DNA of 64,000 nucleotides, taken from Shigella phage ESh15. The translations under genes and the position numbers were made by a program. Of this stretch, positions 29,973 to 39,388 are shown piece by piece. The notes under the pieces were generated by a model, which ran no database searches, was not told the origin of the DNA, and was given only the letters and a program-made list of their open reading frames with translations. Positions within the stretch are counted from its first letter, which is position 1. Each line of letters opens with the position of its first letter. The stretch is from sequence record ON528725, one strand, 5' to 3'.

Positions 29973-29998
29973 CCCCTAAAGGGACCCGAAGGTCCCCA
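29973..29998 (-). terminator. UUCG-tetraloop hairpin (terminator/processing element), repeat family member
   Basis: minus-strand GGGACC-UUCG-GGUCCC-UUUAGGGGG; near-identical to the element at 48291..48316. Confidence 0.45.
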
Positions 29999-30001
29999 CA
30001 T

Positions 30002-30268
30002 TTACTTATCGCACTTAGCAACATAATTAGGCATATCACAGAATACAGAGCGAGTAACTACTCGACCCTTTGACCATGCTTCAGTTGCTTGTCCTGCCGT
30101 GCTATTAATATAGCTTGATTTAATGTTCTCAATACCCTGAGAATGTGATGCATTTACCGAACCGTTGGAAGGTGCAGAAGACTGGTTACCACCAGCTCCT
30201 GTACCTGTGGTAGCACCAACAGAGAATGCCATCATTACTGCGAATAAACCAATTGCTAATTTTTTCAT
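30002..30268 (-). CDS. secreted small protein
   Basis: 88 aa; signal peptide MKKLAIGLFAVMMAFSVGA, two Cys near C-terminus. Confidence 0.5.
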   Translation of the reverse strand: MKKLAIGLFAVMMAFSVGATTGTGAGGNQSSAPSNGSVNASHSQGIENIKSSYINSTAGQATEAWSKGRVVTRSVFCDMPNYVAKCDK

Positions 30269-30299
30269 ATTTACCTCAAGTTAAGGGTTATTTATCTAC

Positions 30300-31289
30300 T
30301 TATTTATAGTAAGAATTATGATTTTCGAGATAGACTTGCTCAAGGAAATCATCCCAGAAACTCATATCTACTTTTTGTTGCATACCATTCTTGGTAGCTT
30401 GTTCTGATGCATGTTCAACTTGGTCAACGATATCTTCTAGGAATTCTTGTACAGTTTTAAATGTATGTTTACCAAGCTTAACATCGAGAATAAATGGAGC
30501 GTCCTGAAGCGGGTAAACTAGGTCGCCGGTTTTGTAAATTTCCAATAATTGAAGTCCACCACGACATGCATGACTCAATGCTTTCCAGTCAATACCTTCG
30601 TTAGCTTCTGCCTTACGAGCACGTTCACCATAGTTCTCTTCCAGTTTAACCAGGATAGCATTGAACTCTTTATTGGTTAACGTGTCTTGGAATTTACGGT
30701 CTAACAGACTATAGAATGTTTGCTTACCTGTTTTCTCGTTTTCGGTTTCAACCCATGAAGCAAATTCACCTACAGGCAGAACATTCTTCATATGTGATAA
30801 ACGAATTACTGCACCATTATCAAAGTATTGTCCCCATTCATTAGAACGTTTAAGGGCTTGTCGAAGAACAGCCAGTCGAGAACCCTTGACACCGTATTTA
30901 GAAGCTTGCTTACGGACATACCCTAAATAAGATTTCATGTTAGTGGTATAGAAACGAGACCTGTTATCTTGAATATACTTCCATACATCAGGCAAATCAG
31001 ATTTAACTACTAGACTTTGTGGAGTGTGAAGCATATCTAATGCGACAGTTTCACCATCTGCAGCTAGTTTAAAGAAATATTTGAGACTATACAACTCATG
31101 GTCCACGTCGTCTTTTGTGTTCTTAGAAGATGTGTTATTCGTGTTCTTGCTCATATGTTCTTTAACGTTACCGGTCAAAATATCACGAGCATGAGGGACA
31201 TAAATTTCTTTAAAATCGACGTCAGATTCAGGAGTAGACGTTCCATAAAGGTGGCTACCAAAGTAGCCTTTCATAATTGTTTTCATCAT
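30300..31289 (-). CDS. nucleotidyltransferase-fold protein (Pol-beta superfamily)
   Basis: 329 aa; N-terminal GSHLYGTSTPESDVD fits G-S-x10-D-x-D. Confidence 0.45.
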   Translation of the reverse strand: MMKTIMKGYFGSHLYGTSTPESDVDFKEIYVPHARDILTGNVKEHMSKNTNNTSSKNTKDDVDHELYSLKYFFKLAADGETVALDMLHTPQSLVVKSDLPDVWKYIQDNRSRFYTTNMKSYLGYVRKQASKYGVKGSRLAVLRQALKRSNEWGQYFDNGAVIRLSHMKNVLPVGEFASWVETENEKTGKQTFYSLLDRKFQDTLTNKEFNAILVKLEENYGERARKAEANEGIDWKALSHACRGGLQLLEIYKTGDLVYPLQDAPFILDVKLGKHTFKTVQEFLEDIVDQVEHASEQATKNGMQQKVDMSFWDDFLEQVYLENHNSYYK

Positions 31290-31759
31290 TTAGCCTTATA
31301 TTCAAGAGTAGGACAGACTTTTTCTTTACGAGCTTTAAGGTATTCACCTATTAATGATTTCTTACGTTCAATAGGCTCAAGTCCATTTTTAATTCGTTCT
31401 TGGTTTTGTGCAATGAGCTCAACTTCTTTATAATACTTCCGCTCTCTGTATAAGTCGATTAGCCACGGTATGCCTAATACTAAAACTATAGAAATACCAA
31501 CACATAATGCAATGAATAAAACACCTACACCAATTGAGGCCGGAACTAATGTCCATAAACTACTAAAGACAAAGAATTTAGTTAAAATTTCCTGGCCAAT
31601 GATTGTGGCTGCTGCTAAAATCGCAAATCCAATAATCGAAACAAACAATACTGGGAGAAACGTTTTCCAAAAATAAACACACAACGTTTTCGGACGATTC
31701 CATGTACTATTGAACGCGGCATAAATTTTAAAATGCCAAGAGTTTTCATTGATAATCAT
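31286..31759 (-). CDS. membrane protein
   Basis: 157 aa with several hydrophobic helices. Confidence 0.5.
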   Translation of the reverse strand: MIINENSWHFKIYAAFNSTWNRPKTLCVYFWKTFLPVLFVSIIGFAILAAATIIGQEILTKFFVFSSLWTLVPASIGVGVLFIALCVGISIVLVLGIPWLIDLYRERKYYKEVELIAQNQERIKNGLEPIERKKSLIGEYLKARKEKVCPTLEYKAK

Positions 31760-31768
31760 AATAATTCC

Positions 31769-32299
31769 TTATTTCAAAGTTGGGATAATGGAATCAAGAT
31801 AAGCTTTAAGAGCAACTGCTTCATCTTTGTCTAATGTAATGATATGTTGACGAAGGTCATCAATTTGGCGAATAACTACGACATCGCCGTCTTCATAAGA
31901 AGGATTAACGCTCAGGACCGTTGTAGAGTCAGGGTTGACCAGATTTGTAATAAAAGCATTACGGCATTTAGACCATTGAAGTTTGGCCTTTTTGACTGTT
32001 TCAGATTCCATGAATTCTTTCACCTTAGTGACGAATGTTTTCCAATTATTAATAGAAAAACATTCGTCTTCAGTTTCGATATTAACCCCACTATAAAGCC
32101 CGTGATAAAAACGAACTTGAAGGTCTTCGTCAATGTTAATTACAGATGCATGGCCCGGTGGATTGAGCTTCAAAATCTTGTCCAGTTCCATAGGAAGAAT
32201 AGTAACAGCATCATCTTCTTGTGTCAGAACGTAAGCGTAACCACGTTTTTCGATACATAAATCACCAAACAACTCAGTTGTTTCAATTACAGTTTTCAT
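31769..32299 (-). CDS. hypothetical protein
   Basis: 176 aa from ATG with GGTGA RBS; ORF-track start is TTG. Confidence 0.45.
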   Translation of the reverse strand: MKTVIETTELFGDLCIEKRGYAYVLTQEDDAVTILPMELDKILKLNPPGHASVINIDEDLQVRFYHGLYSGVNIETEDECFSINNWKTFVTKVKEFMESETVKKAKLQWSKCRNAFITNLVNPDSTTVLSVNPSYEDGDVVVIRQIDDLRQHIITLDKDEAVALKAYLDSIIPTLK

Positions 32300-32644
32300 A
32301 TTATTCACCAATTAAAGTTTCAACAAAATTCACCAAATCATTCAGACAAGCATCAACCTGATTTTCATAAAAGTCTTCGTTATCATTTACCGCATGATAA
32401 GCTACATCATTCAAATCTGAATCGGCTTCACGTAAGTTACGGATAAGTTCCATCAGTTTATTAGCTTGTTCACGGGTCATTTTACCATACTCGTTTCAAT
32501 AAGATTCACTATGCCGTTTACCATGTTATAAGTAAACATCGGATAATTGTATTGTACTACAACATAAGCGATAAGCAAAAGTTTCATTTTGTTCTCCGTT
32601 TGTTTTGATAGGACTACTATAACATAGTCCTACCAAGATGTAAA

Positions 32645-32878
32645 CTACCGATTGTGTTTTAAATGTTGATAAAGTTCTTCAACTTGTTTAGGGTCCAAAA
32701 CAATTAAGTCATTTTCTTGGCGAAGATAAATCCATCCCTTATCCCCAGGACCATTTTTACAAAACATCACCACCATATCATCATCTTCAGCGCTTTCAGG
32801 TAAAAGTTCAAGTACACCGTCTTCAGATTTTCCAGTATAATCGTAAAGCATAATGTCCTCACATAATCTCGTTAACAT
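32645..32878 (-). CDS. hypothetical protein
   Basis: 77 aa ORF. Confidence 0.4.
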   Translation of the reverse strand: MLTRLCEDIMLYDYTGKSEDGVLELLPESAEDDDMVVMFCKNGPGDKGWIYLRQENDLIVLDPKQVEELYQHLKHNR

Positions 32879-33038
32879 ACATTTGCAATTCGGTGTGGGC
32901 GTCGGCCATCTTTTTCATAGCTCTGTTAATGTCGATGTCTCCATCTTCGCAACCATGAGCATTTTCCCAATCGGATACAGAATTAGCATACTCTTCAATC
33001 AAAAACATCAACTTAGAAATCTTTTCTTTACGTGTCAT
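32859..33038 (-). CDS. hypothetical protein (59 aa)
   Basis: internal Met with GAGGAGAA RBS. Confidence 0.4.
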   Translation of the reverse strand: MTRKEKISKLMFLIEEYANSVSDWENAHGCEDGDIDINRAMKKMADAHTELQMYVNEIM

Positions 33039-33042
33039 AACG

Positions 33043-33094
33043 TTCTCCTCTAGTAAGTAAAGACTACTATAACACAACCTGAGGAGAAGTAAAC
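33043..33094 (-). promoter_or_regulatory. promoter enclosed by SD/anti-SD inverted repeat
   Basis: minus-strand GTTTAC then TTCTCCTC ... 8-bp perfect partner GAGGAGAA that is the downstream gene's Shine-Dalgarno. Confidence 0.5.
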
Positions 33095-33139
33095 TGATAG
33101 ATGCCAAAAAGCCCCAACCATAAGGAAGGGGCTAGTAAA

Positions 33140-33442
33140 TTAGATAGATGTAGGCTCTAATTTTATTTTCATGAACTCAGCAAATTGTCTGGCAGTTTTT
33201 ATGCCTTGTTCATGACATTCAAATGCATCATCACAGGGGCTATTTTTGTAATGCTTTGCCATATACTTATAGAATTTTTCAGAATTCTCGACATTTTGAA
33301 TTTCAAACAAAGTATATACGTTTTTAATCCCTGATTCCATAAAGTTATCAAAATATGGGTCAATATGTGCAGTACCAACGATAGGAGTTGTTGCTGCAAA
33401 AAACCCCAGCATCGCTATGACAGCTATCGCTCTTAAGGCCAT
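33140..33442 (-). CDS. rI: lysis inhibition regulator, periplasmic
   Basis: 100 aa; signal peptide plus DPYFDNFMESGIKNVYTLFE...CDDAFEC pattern as T4 RI. Confidence 0.8.
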   Translation of the reverse strand: MALRAIAVIAMLGFFAATTPIVGTAHIDPYFDNFMESGIKNVYTLFEIQNVENSEKFYKYMAKHYKNSPCDDAFECHEQGIKTARQFAEFMKIKLEPTSI

Positions 33443-33454
33443 ATAGGCCTCCTG

Positions 33455-33667
33455 TTAATTTTGGCCAGTATTTATTTTTCGCCTTTGGACGGCCTTAACA
33501 TCTGCGAGGTATTTTTCCAGCTTGCGCTTGCGTGTATAATCAGCTTTAGAACCAGTTTGACGGATATCCTCGTTTAAATGAGAAATAGAATGTCCTAATT
33601 CTCTTCGGATTTCATCCAATTGGGTTACAGTAAGATTACGAAGTTGTCTTTCGTTTAATTGCTGCAT
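33455..33667 (-). CDS. hypothetical protein
   Basis: 70 aa ORF between tk and rI. Confidence 0.45.
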   Translation of the reverse strand: MQQLNERQLRNLTVTQLDEIRRELGHSISHLNEDIRQTGSKADYTRKRKLEKYLADVKAVQRRKINTGQN

Positions 33668-33694
33668 ATATACCTCTTGGTTAGATATTAGTAT

Positions 33695-34276
33695 TTATAA
33701 CAACCCTGTCAAATCATTCCAATGCTTCCGGCATAATGACACGTATCTATCGGTATCACCAATTTCAATTTGACTGCCATCTGTAATTGGAAGTCCGTCT
33801 TCCGTGACTCTAGCTACCATTGTGGCCTTTTTACCACAATGACAGACACCTTTAAGTTCAACAAGCTTATCGGCAATAGCCATTAATGCTTGAGAACCTT
33901 CAAATAGATTACCTTTAAAATCTGTTCGTAGTCCATATGCCATTACTGGCACATTGTATACGTCAACAATACGACTAAGTTGATACACCTTTTCAGTAGT
34001 TAAGAACTGAGCTTCGTCAACAAATACACAGTGAATATCCTTTTGTGCCGCAGCCCATTTATAGAATTCAAAGACATCCATATCTTCGGTAATTATATTG
34101 GCATCCTGACGAATACCAATACGAGAGACTATTTCACCTTTTGAATCACGAGTATCAATAGCCGGTTTAAGAACTAATACACCCATGCCACGTTCTTTAT
34201 AGTTATGTGCGGCAGTAAGTAATGAAGCAGACTTACCAGCGTTCATAGCGGCATAGGTAAAAATTAAACTAGCCAT
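33695..34276 (-). CDS. tk: thymidine kinase
   Basis: 193 aa; P-loop YAAMNAGKSASLL, C-terminal CHCGKKA...CRKH zinc motif. Confidence 0.92.
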   Translation of the reverse strand: MASLIFTYAAMNAGKSASLLTAAHNYKERGMGVLVLKPAIDTRDSKGEIVSRIGIRQDANIITEDMDVFEFYKWAAAQKDIHCVFVDEAQFLTTEKVYQLSRIVDVYNVPVMAYGLRTDFKGNLFEGSQALMAIADKLVELKGVCHCGKKATMVARVTEDGLPITDGSQIEIGDTDRYVSLCRKHWNDLTGLL

Positions 34277-34285
34277 AAGAGTCCC

Positions 34286-34468
34286 TTATAGTGAATTCAC
34301 ATAGTCAATGAGTTCTTGTTCTTTCCTGTCAAATGATTCCAACAATGCTTGATATTCTTCATCTGTTAAAGGAGCATATTCATCGTACGCATTGGTGGCT
34401 GCTTGCTCATCCAATAGGTCATGGATAAGTTCGAACAGTTTAGCTTTTTCTTCTTTAGTCAATTTCAT
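34286..34468 (-). CDS. hypothetical acidic protein
   Basis: 60 aa ORF. Confidence 0.4.
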   Translation of the reverse strand: MKLTKEEKAKLFELIHDLLDEQAATNAYDEYAPLTDEEYQALLESFDRKEQELIDYVNSL

Positions 34469-34959
34469 TTAGGTTCCCAATCAACAATCACAATTTCTAG
34501 TTTAGTGGAATACGTATCTAAAATCTCTTCGATGACATCCCAGTTTCCACCACCAATACCTGCACCAATTCTTGGCATATAAATTACAGGCTTTGTTATC
34601 TTATTCTTTCCGAATTTATTTAATTCTATTATACAATTCATTAAAGCAGAGTACTCAAAATTAGGTCCCGGCTCAAACTGTGTATAAAGATTAAAGCAAT
34701 AAGCTTTATGGGTCTTAAAATATTTTTCATAAACCGAATAAGACCCGAGTTTAGACTCGTCTCCGAATTCGGTTTGAAGTTTATCGGCTTCCAGAATTTT
34801 TGGATAAGCCTTTGCTAATTGACCTGCTACACCAGCGCCCATTGTATGAAAACAATTACACCCATGAGCAATATTATTACCTTTAGAAAACAGGGCGACA
34901 ATATCGCCCTTGATATAGTTTTTAATCACTTGCTGCAAGTCCTCTAGTATAAGAGTCAA
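34465..34959 (-). CDS. possible macro-domain-like protein
   Basis: 164 aa; Gly-rich segments HGCNCFHTMGAGVAGQ and GAGIGGGNWD; assignment tentative. Confidence 0.3.
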   Translation of the reverse strand: MTLILEDLQQVIKNYIKGDIVALFSKGNNIAHGCNCFHTMGAGVAGQLAKAYPKILEADKLQTEFGDESKLGSYSVYEKYFKTHKAYCFNLYTQFEPGPNFEYSALMNCIIELNKFGKNKITKPVIYMPRIGAGIGGGNWDVIEEILDTYSTKLEIVIVDWEPK

Positions 34960-35269
34960 CTAGACGGTCCACCATAGAATTGCATGCTGCCTTATCTTTA
35001 GGTTCCGCCACCGAGCATTCTAATATTTGCCATTTTTTATAGTATCTTTTAATTAAGGTAGACGCCTTGAACCTACTAGACGCCCCATCTTTTTCTCCGT
35101 CTTTATATGCGTATAACAATTTTTGTGAAAAATCTACTTTACACTCTTGACTTTTACCACAATAATCAGACGCCGTTCTGTTTGTATACTCCGTTACATC
35201 AGTATATGTAGTATTAGCAAGAGCGTTAAATGAAACCAAGCCAACTATTAAAGCTAACATTTTGGTCAT
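34922..35269 (-). CDS. secreted hypothetical protein
   Basis: 115 aa with N-terminal signal peptide. Confidence 0.45.
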   Translation of the reverse strand: MTKMLALIVGLVSFNALANTTYTDVTEYTNRTASDYCGKSQECKVDFSQKLLYAYKDGEKDGASSRFKASTLIKRYYKKWQILECSVAEPKDKAACNSMVDRLVDSYTRGLAASD

Positions 35270-35808
35270 TCTTTTATTTCCAGTAGTTTATTTGATTTAA
35301 GGTAATTAGCCTTTTCTAGGACTTCAGAAGCATATTTACTTCCAGCACTTGTCTTCCATCCCGCATTATATGAGGATATGGCTTTCCTTATATCCCCGTT
35401 ATGTATATTTAACCAATAAGAAAATTCGATATAAGCCCATCTTGCTGAATTAGACCGCTTAGATAGCATTTTCTTAATTTGGGCATCAGTCATATTATAA
35501 CCAAGCTGGTTAATTCTTGCCCTCATTGTTGGTAGATAGTTTTGGAACATTCCATACGCATGGTGACCTTTCTTATCTTTAAGATTAATACCGGCGGATG
35601 ATTCTTGCCATAGTATTGCGGCCATTATGTATCCAAGTCCTTTCTTATGCATATTTTCATGCGTTTTAAATTTTCCGTCCTTAGAAAACTGTTCCCCAAA
35701 CTGATAAGCATAATTCAAGTTATCGAGTTGGACATTACTAAAAGTATGCTCGGAGCTATGTGCTGATAACGAAAGAGCAAATAGACCAGCGAGTAGTGCT
35801 TTTCTCAT
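35266..35808 (-). CDS. secreted lytic transglycosylase-like protein
   Basis: 180 aa; signal peptide; WQESS ... YGMFQ motifs typical of SLT-type domains. Confidence 0.5.
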   Translation of the reverse strand: MRKALLAGLFALSLSAHSSEHTFSNVQLDNLNYAYQFGEQFSKDGKFKTHENMHKKGLGYIMAAILWQESSAGINLKDKKGHHAYGMFQNYLPTMRARINQLGYNMTDAQIKKMLSKRSNSARWAYIEFSYWLNIHNGDIRKAISSYNAGWKTSAGSKYASEVLEKANYLKSNKLLEIKE

Positions 35809-35816
35809 GTTTACCT

Positions 35817-36275
35817 CTAGATTTTAATCACTGCTTTAGAAGCTTTTCCTGGTAGTCGTTTACTGTTAATAATAGCCATTCTGCATTGAAGAGTCTTCAT
35901 TTTGAATGCCGGATTTTCGCGACAAACTGTAAGTCCTAACCAAAGATTTCCATCAGTTATTTCTAAACGGCCTGGGCGATATTCGACACCTTCGACAAAA
36001 TCTTCATCAACATCTGGACGTGCCGGCATTGATAAAAATTCTGCAACTTCTTTAACATGATTTTTTACTTTATGAAATAATTCAAAAACGTAATTCTCAT
36101 CTATTTCTCTCTGGATGGCACGATCTAAGAGATGTTGAGAATACTTGATATGAAAGCCTGGTAGTCCAAGAGACTTTGCAGCATCTTTTATACCGGCATT
36201 TATTTTGCGGAACTCCGTTTCAAAGATTCGACGGAGTTTATTACGACGGATAAAAACTTCCGAATTGATAGTCAT
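35817..36275 (-). CDS. regB: sequence-specific endoribonuclease RegB
   Basis: 152 aa; MTINSEVFIRRNKLRR...YSQHLLDRAIQREIDE matches T4 RegB. Confidence 0.85.
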   Translation of the reverse strand: MTINSEVFIRRNKLRRIFETEFRKINAGIKDAAKSLGLPGFHIKYSQHLLDRAIQREIDENYVFELFHKVKNHVKEVAEFLSMPARPDVDEDFVEGVEYRPGRLEITDGNLWLGLTVCRENPAFKMKTLQCRMAIINSKRLPGKASKAVIKI

Positions 36276-36281
36276 TTTGAT

Positions 36282-36332
36282 TTCTCCTCTAGTTGACAGG
36301 TCTATAGTAACACAACTAGAGGAGAAGTAAAC
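36282..36332 (-). promoter_or_regulatory. promoter enclosed by 13-bp perfect SD/anti-SD inverted repeat upstream of regB
   Basis: minus-strand GTTTAC-TTCTCCTCTAGTT-(19 nt with TACTAT)-AACTAGAGGAGAA-ATCAAA-ATG. Confidence 0.55.
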
Positions 36333-36336
36333 TACT

Positions 36337-36546
36337 TTATTCTTGGAACGGTGTGAGTTTTCCAGCTATCGAACAAATTTCTACCATCGCAGGATAAAAC
36401 TCTTTCACTTGTTCAAGGCGCTGGACAGCGTACCGCATTTCGCCTTCTTCAAGACAAGCCGCCTGGTCATCGAGCAAATATTTGTGGTAACCTGTACAGG
36501 CTTCGCTAATGATACGTTGGAATTCTTGCAAACTTTCAATTTTCAC
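36337..36546 (-). CDS. hypothetical protein
   Basis: 69 aa, apparent GTG start. Confidence 0.35.
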   Translation of the reverse strand: MKIESLQEFQRIISEACTGYHKYLLDDQAACLEEGEMRYAVQRLEQVKEFYPAMVEICSIAGKLTPFQE

Positions 36547-36812
36547 TAGTATTTTTCCTCGGGTCTAAATACTGCACGACAGGCCCACATGCTGGCTTCT
36601 TTTAGATGTTGCTTAGCGTACTTAAGAGCCTGCACTGCATCCATATCTTCTTTGGTTTGTTGCTCTGTTTCATTTTCTTTCAAGATATATGCTTCTTCAA
36701 TCAGAGCATCAAACATCAATCCAAGACGGACTTCAGCATCTTTAATAGCGTTCACTTTACTAATTTTATCATCGGTATGCGGCTTGTAGCCTTTGATGTC
36801 TTCAATTGACAT
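36546..36812 (-). CDS. hypothetical protein
   Basis: ORF-track 36546..36980; start likely at an internal Met (MSIEDIKGY...), coordinate approximate. Confidence 0.35.
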   Translation of the reverse strand: MSIEDIKGYKPHTDDKISKVNAIKDAEVRLGLMFDALIEEAYILKENETEQQTKEDMDAVQALKYAKQHLKEASMWACRAVFRPEEKY

Positions 36813-37026
36813 AAGGAATTTCCTCATCGGTGGCAAGGTCATATTCGACCAATTGGATAGGCTCATTAATACCATATCCACGTACAGTGATATCAGTTGT
36901 CGGATAGTTTCCAGTAATATCACCCATTCTAAATGCTTCAATGAATGATTGCTCGCCTGAGCAACTAAACCAGGCGGCAAAACATTTTAAAACATCTTCA
37001 GACCCTTCTATAATCAATTTAGCCAT
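36802..37026 (-). CDS. hypothetical acidic protein
   Basis: 74 aa ORF. Confidence 0.4.
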   Translation of the reverse strand: MAKLIIEGSEDVLKCFAAWFSCSGEQSFIEAFRMGDITGNYPTTDITVRGYGINEPIQLVEYDLATDEEIPYVN

Positions 37027-37388
37027 TATAGACTCTCAGTAAAGGTACGAGCGATAACGTCGCGCTGCTGTTCCGGAGTCAGAGAGTTAAAGCGAACTGC
37101 ATAACCGGATACACGGATGGTCAGTTGCGGATATTTTTCCGGATGCTTAACTGCATCTTCCAGAGTTTCGCGACGCAGAACGTTAACGTTCAGGTGTTGA
37201 CCACCTTCAATTTTAACTTTAGGTTGATGTTCAATTTCAATTTCACGGGCATTCAAACCGTAGAAAATTTCCGGGTCTACAATAGCGTCTTCTTTAAAAG
37301 TCTTAGAGACAATAATCCGGGCTTGAGTACCGTCTTCAAAATAAATAGTGCCTTTGTGTGTGCCTTCAAGAATTTGATATGCTTTCAT
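37026..37388 (-). CDS. autonomous glycyl radical cofactor (GrcA/YfiD-like)
   Basis: 120 aa; C-terminal glycyl radical domain ...[32 protein letters not shown]. Confidence 0.8.
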   Translation of the reverse strand: MKAYQILEGTHKGTIYFEDGTQARIIVSKTFKEDAIVDPEIFYGLNAREIEIEHQPKVKIEGGQHLNVNVLRRETLEDAVKHPEKYPQLTIRVSGYAVRFNSLTPEQQRDVIARTFTESL

Positions 37389-37394
37389 ATAACC

Positions 37395-37703
37395 TCAATT
37401 AGAAAATAAATTTATCCAAGTTTTTTCTTTAATCAAAAATGGGTCGGAATTAAACGCCATTAAACTTTGAGTGGTTAATCCCTTAAATGGCCCATCAATA
37501 AATTCCATTTTGAAATGCGGAATACTAGTCATCAACCGTGCATTAGGAGCAGTACAAAGAACCTGCTGCCCTGCGAACGGACCTTTAGTCAAACGATATC
37601 GTTTAGGTTTAAAATGGTAAATCTCGTAATTTTCTACAAGAGCCCTTTTATTGCATACTGGGCTGTTATAACAATACTCAAAAACTTCAATAGTGGTCAT
37701 CAT
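37395..37703 (-). CDS. hypothetical protein
   Basis: 102 aa ORF. Confidence 0.45.
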   Translation of the reverse strand: MMTTIEVFEYCYNSPVCNKRALVENYEIYHFKPKRYRLTKGPFAGQQVLCTAPNARLMTSIPHFKMEFIDGPFKGLTTQSLMAFNSDPFLIKEKTWINLFSN

Positions 37704-38239
37704 TGCATTCCAATCACAAAAAATTGAGGACGAGCATTACCGCCTATGCAATATTTGCTTTTGCAACAGTGTTGGACTGTTTTAATATGTACATTGTAAA
37801 TCTTATCCATATCAGGAGCTTTAATAGGCTCGTCAATTATATACAGAATACGAGAAAGCGTTAATCCACGGAATTTAGAACCTTCATTGCCAATAAAACT
37901 ACGAACAGAATCAGTAAATAAACGGAATCGAATATCGTCGCTAGAATAACGAGAAAATTCTTTTTTAATGTTGCCAACAGAAATTTTAGCATAAGCTGAA
38001 GTATTAGAAAGAACAATAACTGTTCCACCATCATACAGCCAATTAACAGCGAAATTAGTTACTGCGGTCGATTTACCTGATTGTCTGCCGCCGTCTAAAC
38101 GAAGTGTACAGTACTGCTTGAGTACGTCTTCAAATGGTGGGACATAACCGTTCTTACAAATTTCTTCTACTCTAGCATCAGAATGGTGTGTAAAAGCATT
38201 CATCAGGGATAGATAAGGTCCAGTTAAAAATGTTCTCAT
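37700..38239 (-). CDS. P-loop NTPase (possible small kinase)
   Basis: 179 aa; Walker A GGRQSGKST. Confidence 0.45.
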   Translation of the reverse strand: MRTFLTGPYLSLMNAFTHHSDARVEEICKNGYVPPFEDVLKQYCTLRLDGGRQSGKSTAVTNFAVNWLYDGGTVIVLSNTSAYAKISVGNIKKEFSRYSSDDIRFRLFTDSVRSFIGNEGSKFRGLTLSRILYIIDEPIKAPDMDKIYNVHIKTVQHCCKSKYCIGGNARPQFFVIGMQ

Positions 38240-38412
38240 TTAGTTTCTCTTAAGGTTGGGGCCATTCCGTGGCACATGTTAGGTCCTTCGACTCGCTATG
38301 TAAACCCATTACCGCACTTGGGCTCGACCTTATTACAGGTTGGAAAAGGTACATCACTCAGAGGACTCGACGTTCGTGAGGAGAGGTTGCGTTTCCCTTT
38401 ATTAGGCAAGAA

Positions 38413-38742
38413 TTATACTCTAGGCTTTTGAGCTTGTTTGGTATTGGATTCCCACGCTGCTTTAGTAATTTTGTTAGCGGCATAGCCAAAGGCATTAGAT
38501 AGAACACCTTTAGAGTTGAATACATCCAATCCAATAAGTACACCGGCTGCGTTAAATTTAGGAGCAAAGTATGCATTAGTTTTAGAAAGAGCTTTTTTCA
38601 ATTCAGGGTCTTGAACCAAGCCATCAAAAACGCCTTTACCATTTACTTTATATGTTACTTTAGGATTTTTACCTTCTTCGATAGCAGCTTTCTGTTCCGC
38701 AGATAATGTAACTTCAGTGATAAATTCTTGATACGTTTTCAT
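38413..38742 (-). CDS. internal protein with capsid-targeting sequence
   Basis: N-terminus MKTYQEFITE matches the T4 internal-protein targeting sequence. Confidence 0.7.
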   Translation of the reverse strand: MKTYQEFITEVTLSAEQKAAIEEGKNPKVTYKVNGKGVFDGLVQDPELKKALSKTNAYFAPKFNAAGVLIGLDVFNSKGVLSNAFGYAANKITKAAWESNTKQAQKPRV

Positions 38743-38783
38743 ATGTTTCCTTTAAATGTAAATAGGCCTAAGTATAGGCCTTA

Positions 38784-39362
38784 TTAATTACCACGGGCCG
38801 CATTAGCGACGGCGTAAGCGTACTGAACATTAGCGTCTTTAAACGTACCTTTAGATGTATCTATTTCTGCCTTAAAGCCACCTTTAGCCATAACATCGGC
38901 AAATTCTTTACGGAAAGCCATTGCATCAAGACCTTTCCATGATGATTTATGCTTGGCAAATTCAAGACCAGCGTAGTTGACAGCTTTAGCTAATTTATTA
39001 TCAATAACCCATTTACCGGCTTTAGGCACAAACTTCGGGCCTTTTTGTTTAGAGAACAGTTTTAAATTCCAGCGACGAAGGTCACTGTCGGCTTTAACAA
39101 AAGCTGCGTCTAAGTTACTAGCAACAACATCTTCAATATGAGCAAATTTAAGTCCGTCAACTTCAATATTTAGATCGTTACGCCAGCGTAGTCCTTCCCA
39201 AGCGAAGGCTTTAAAATCAGAAGCCTTTGTAGCTAAGTACCGTTCAATAGGAGCTGTTTTAGGGTCAAAGCCGTTTCCGCCACGATAATTCCACTCGTCC
39301 TTATTAATGCCTTGAGCTTTTCCTGCAAAGGCCTCGGCGATAAATTCTTTATATGTTTTCAT
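38784..39362 (-). CDS. internal protein with capsid-targeting sequence
   Basis: N-terminus MKTYKEFIAE. Confidence 0.7.
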   Translation of the reverse strand: MKTYKEFIAEAFAGKAQGINKDEWNYRGGNGFDPKTAPIERYLATKASDFKAFAWEGLRWRNDLNIEVDGLKFAHIEDVVASNLDAAFVKADSDLRRWNLKLFSKQKGPKFVPKAGKWVIDNKLAKAVNYAGLEFAKHKSSWKGLDAMAFRKEFADVMAKGGFKAEIDTSKGTFKDANVQYAYAVANAARGN

Positions 39363-39388
39363 TTTTGTTCCTATTCTTTTAATTTATG

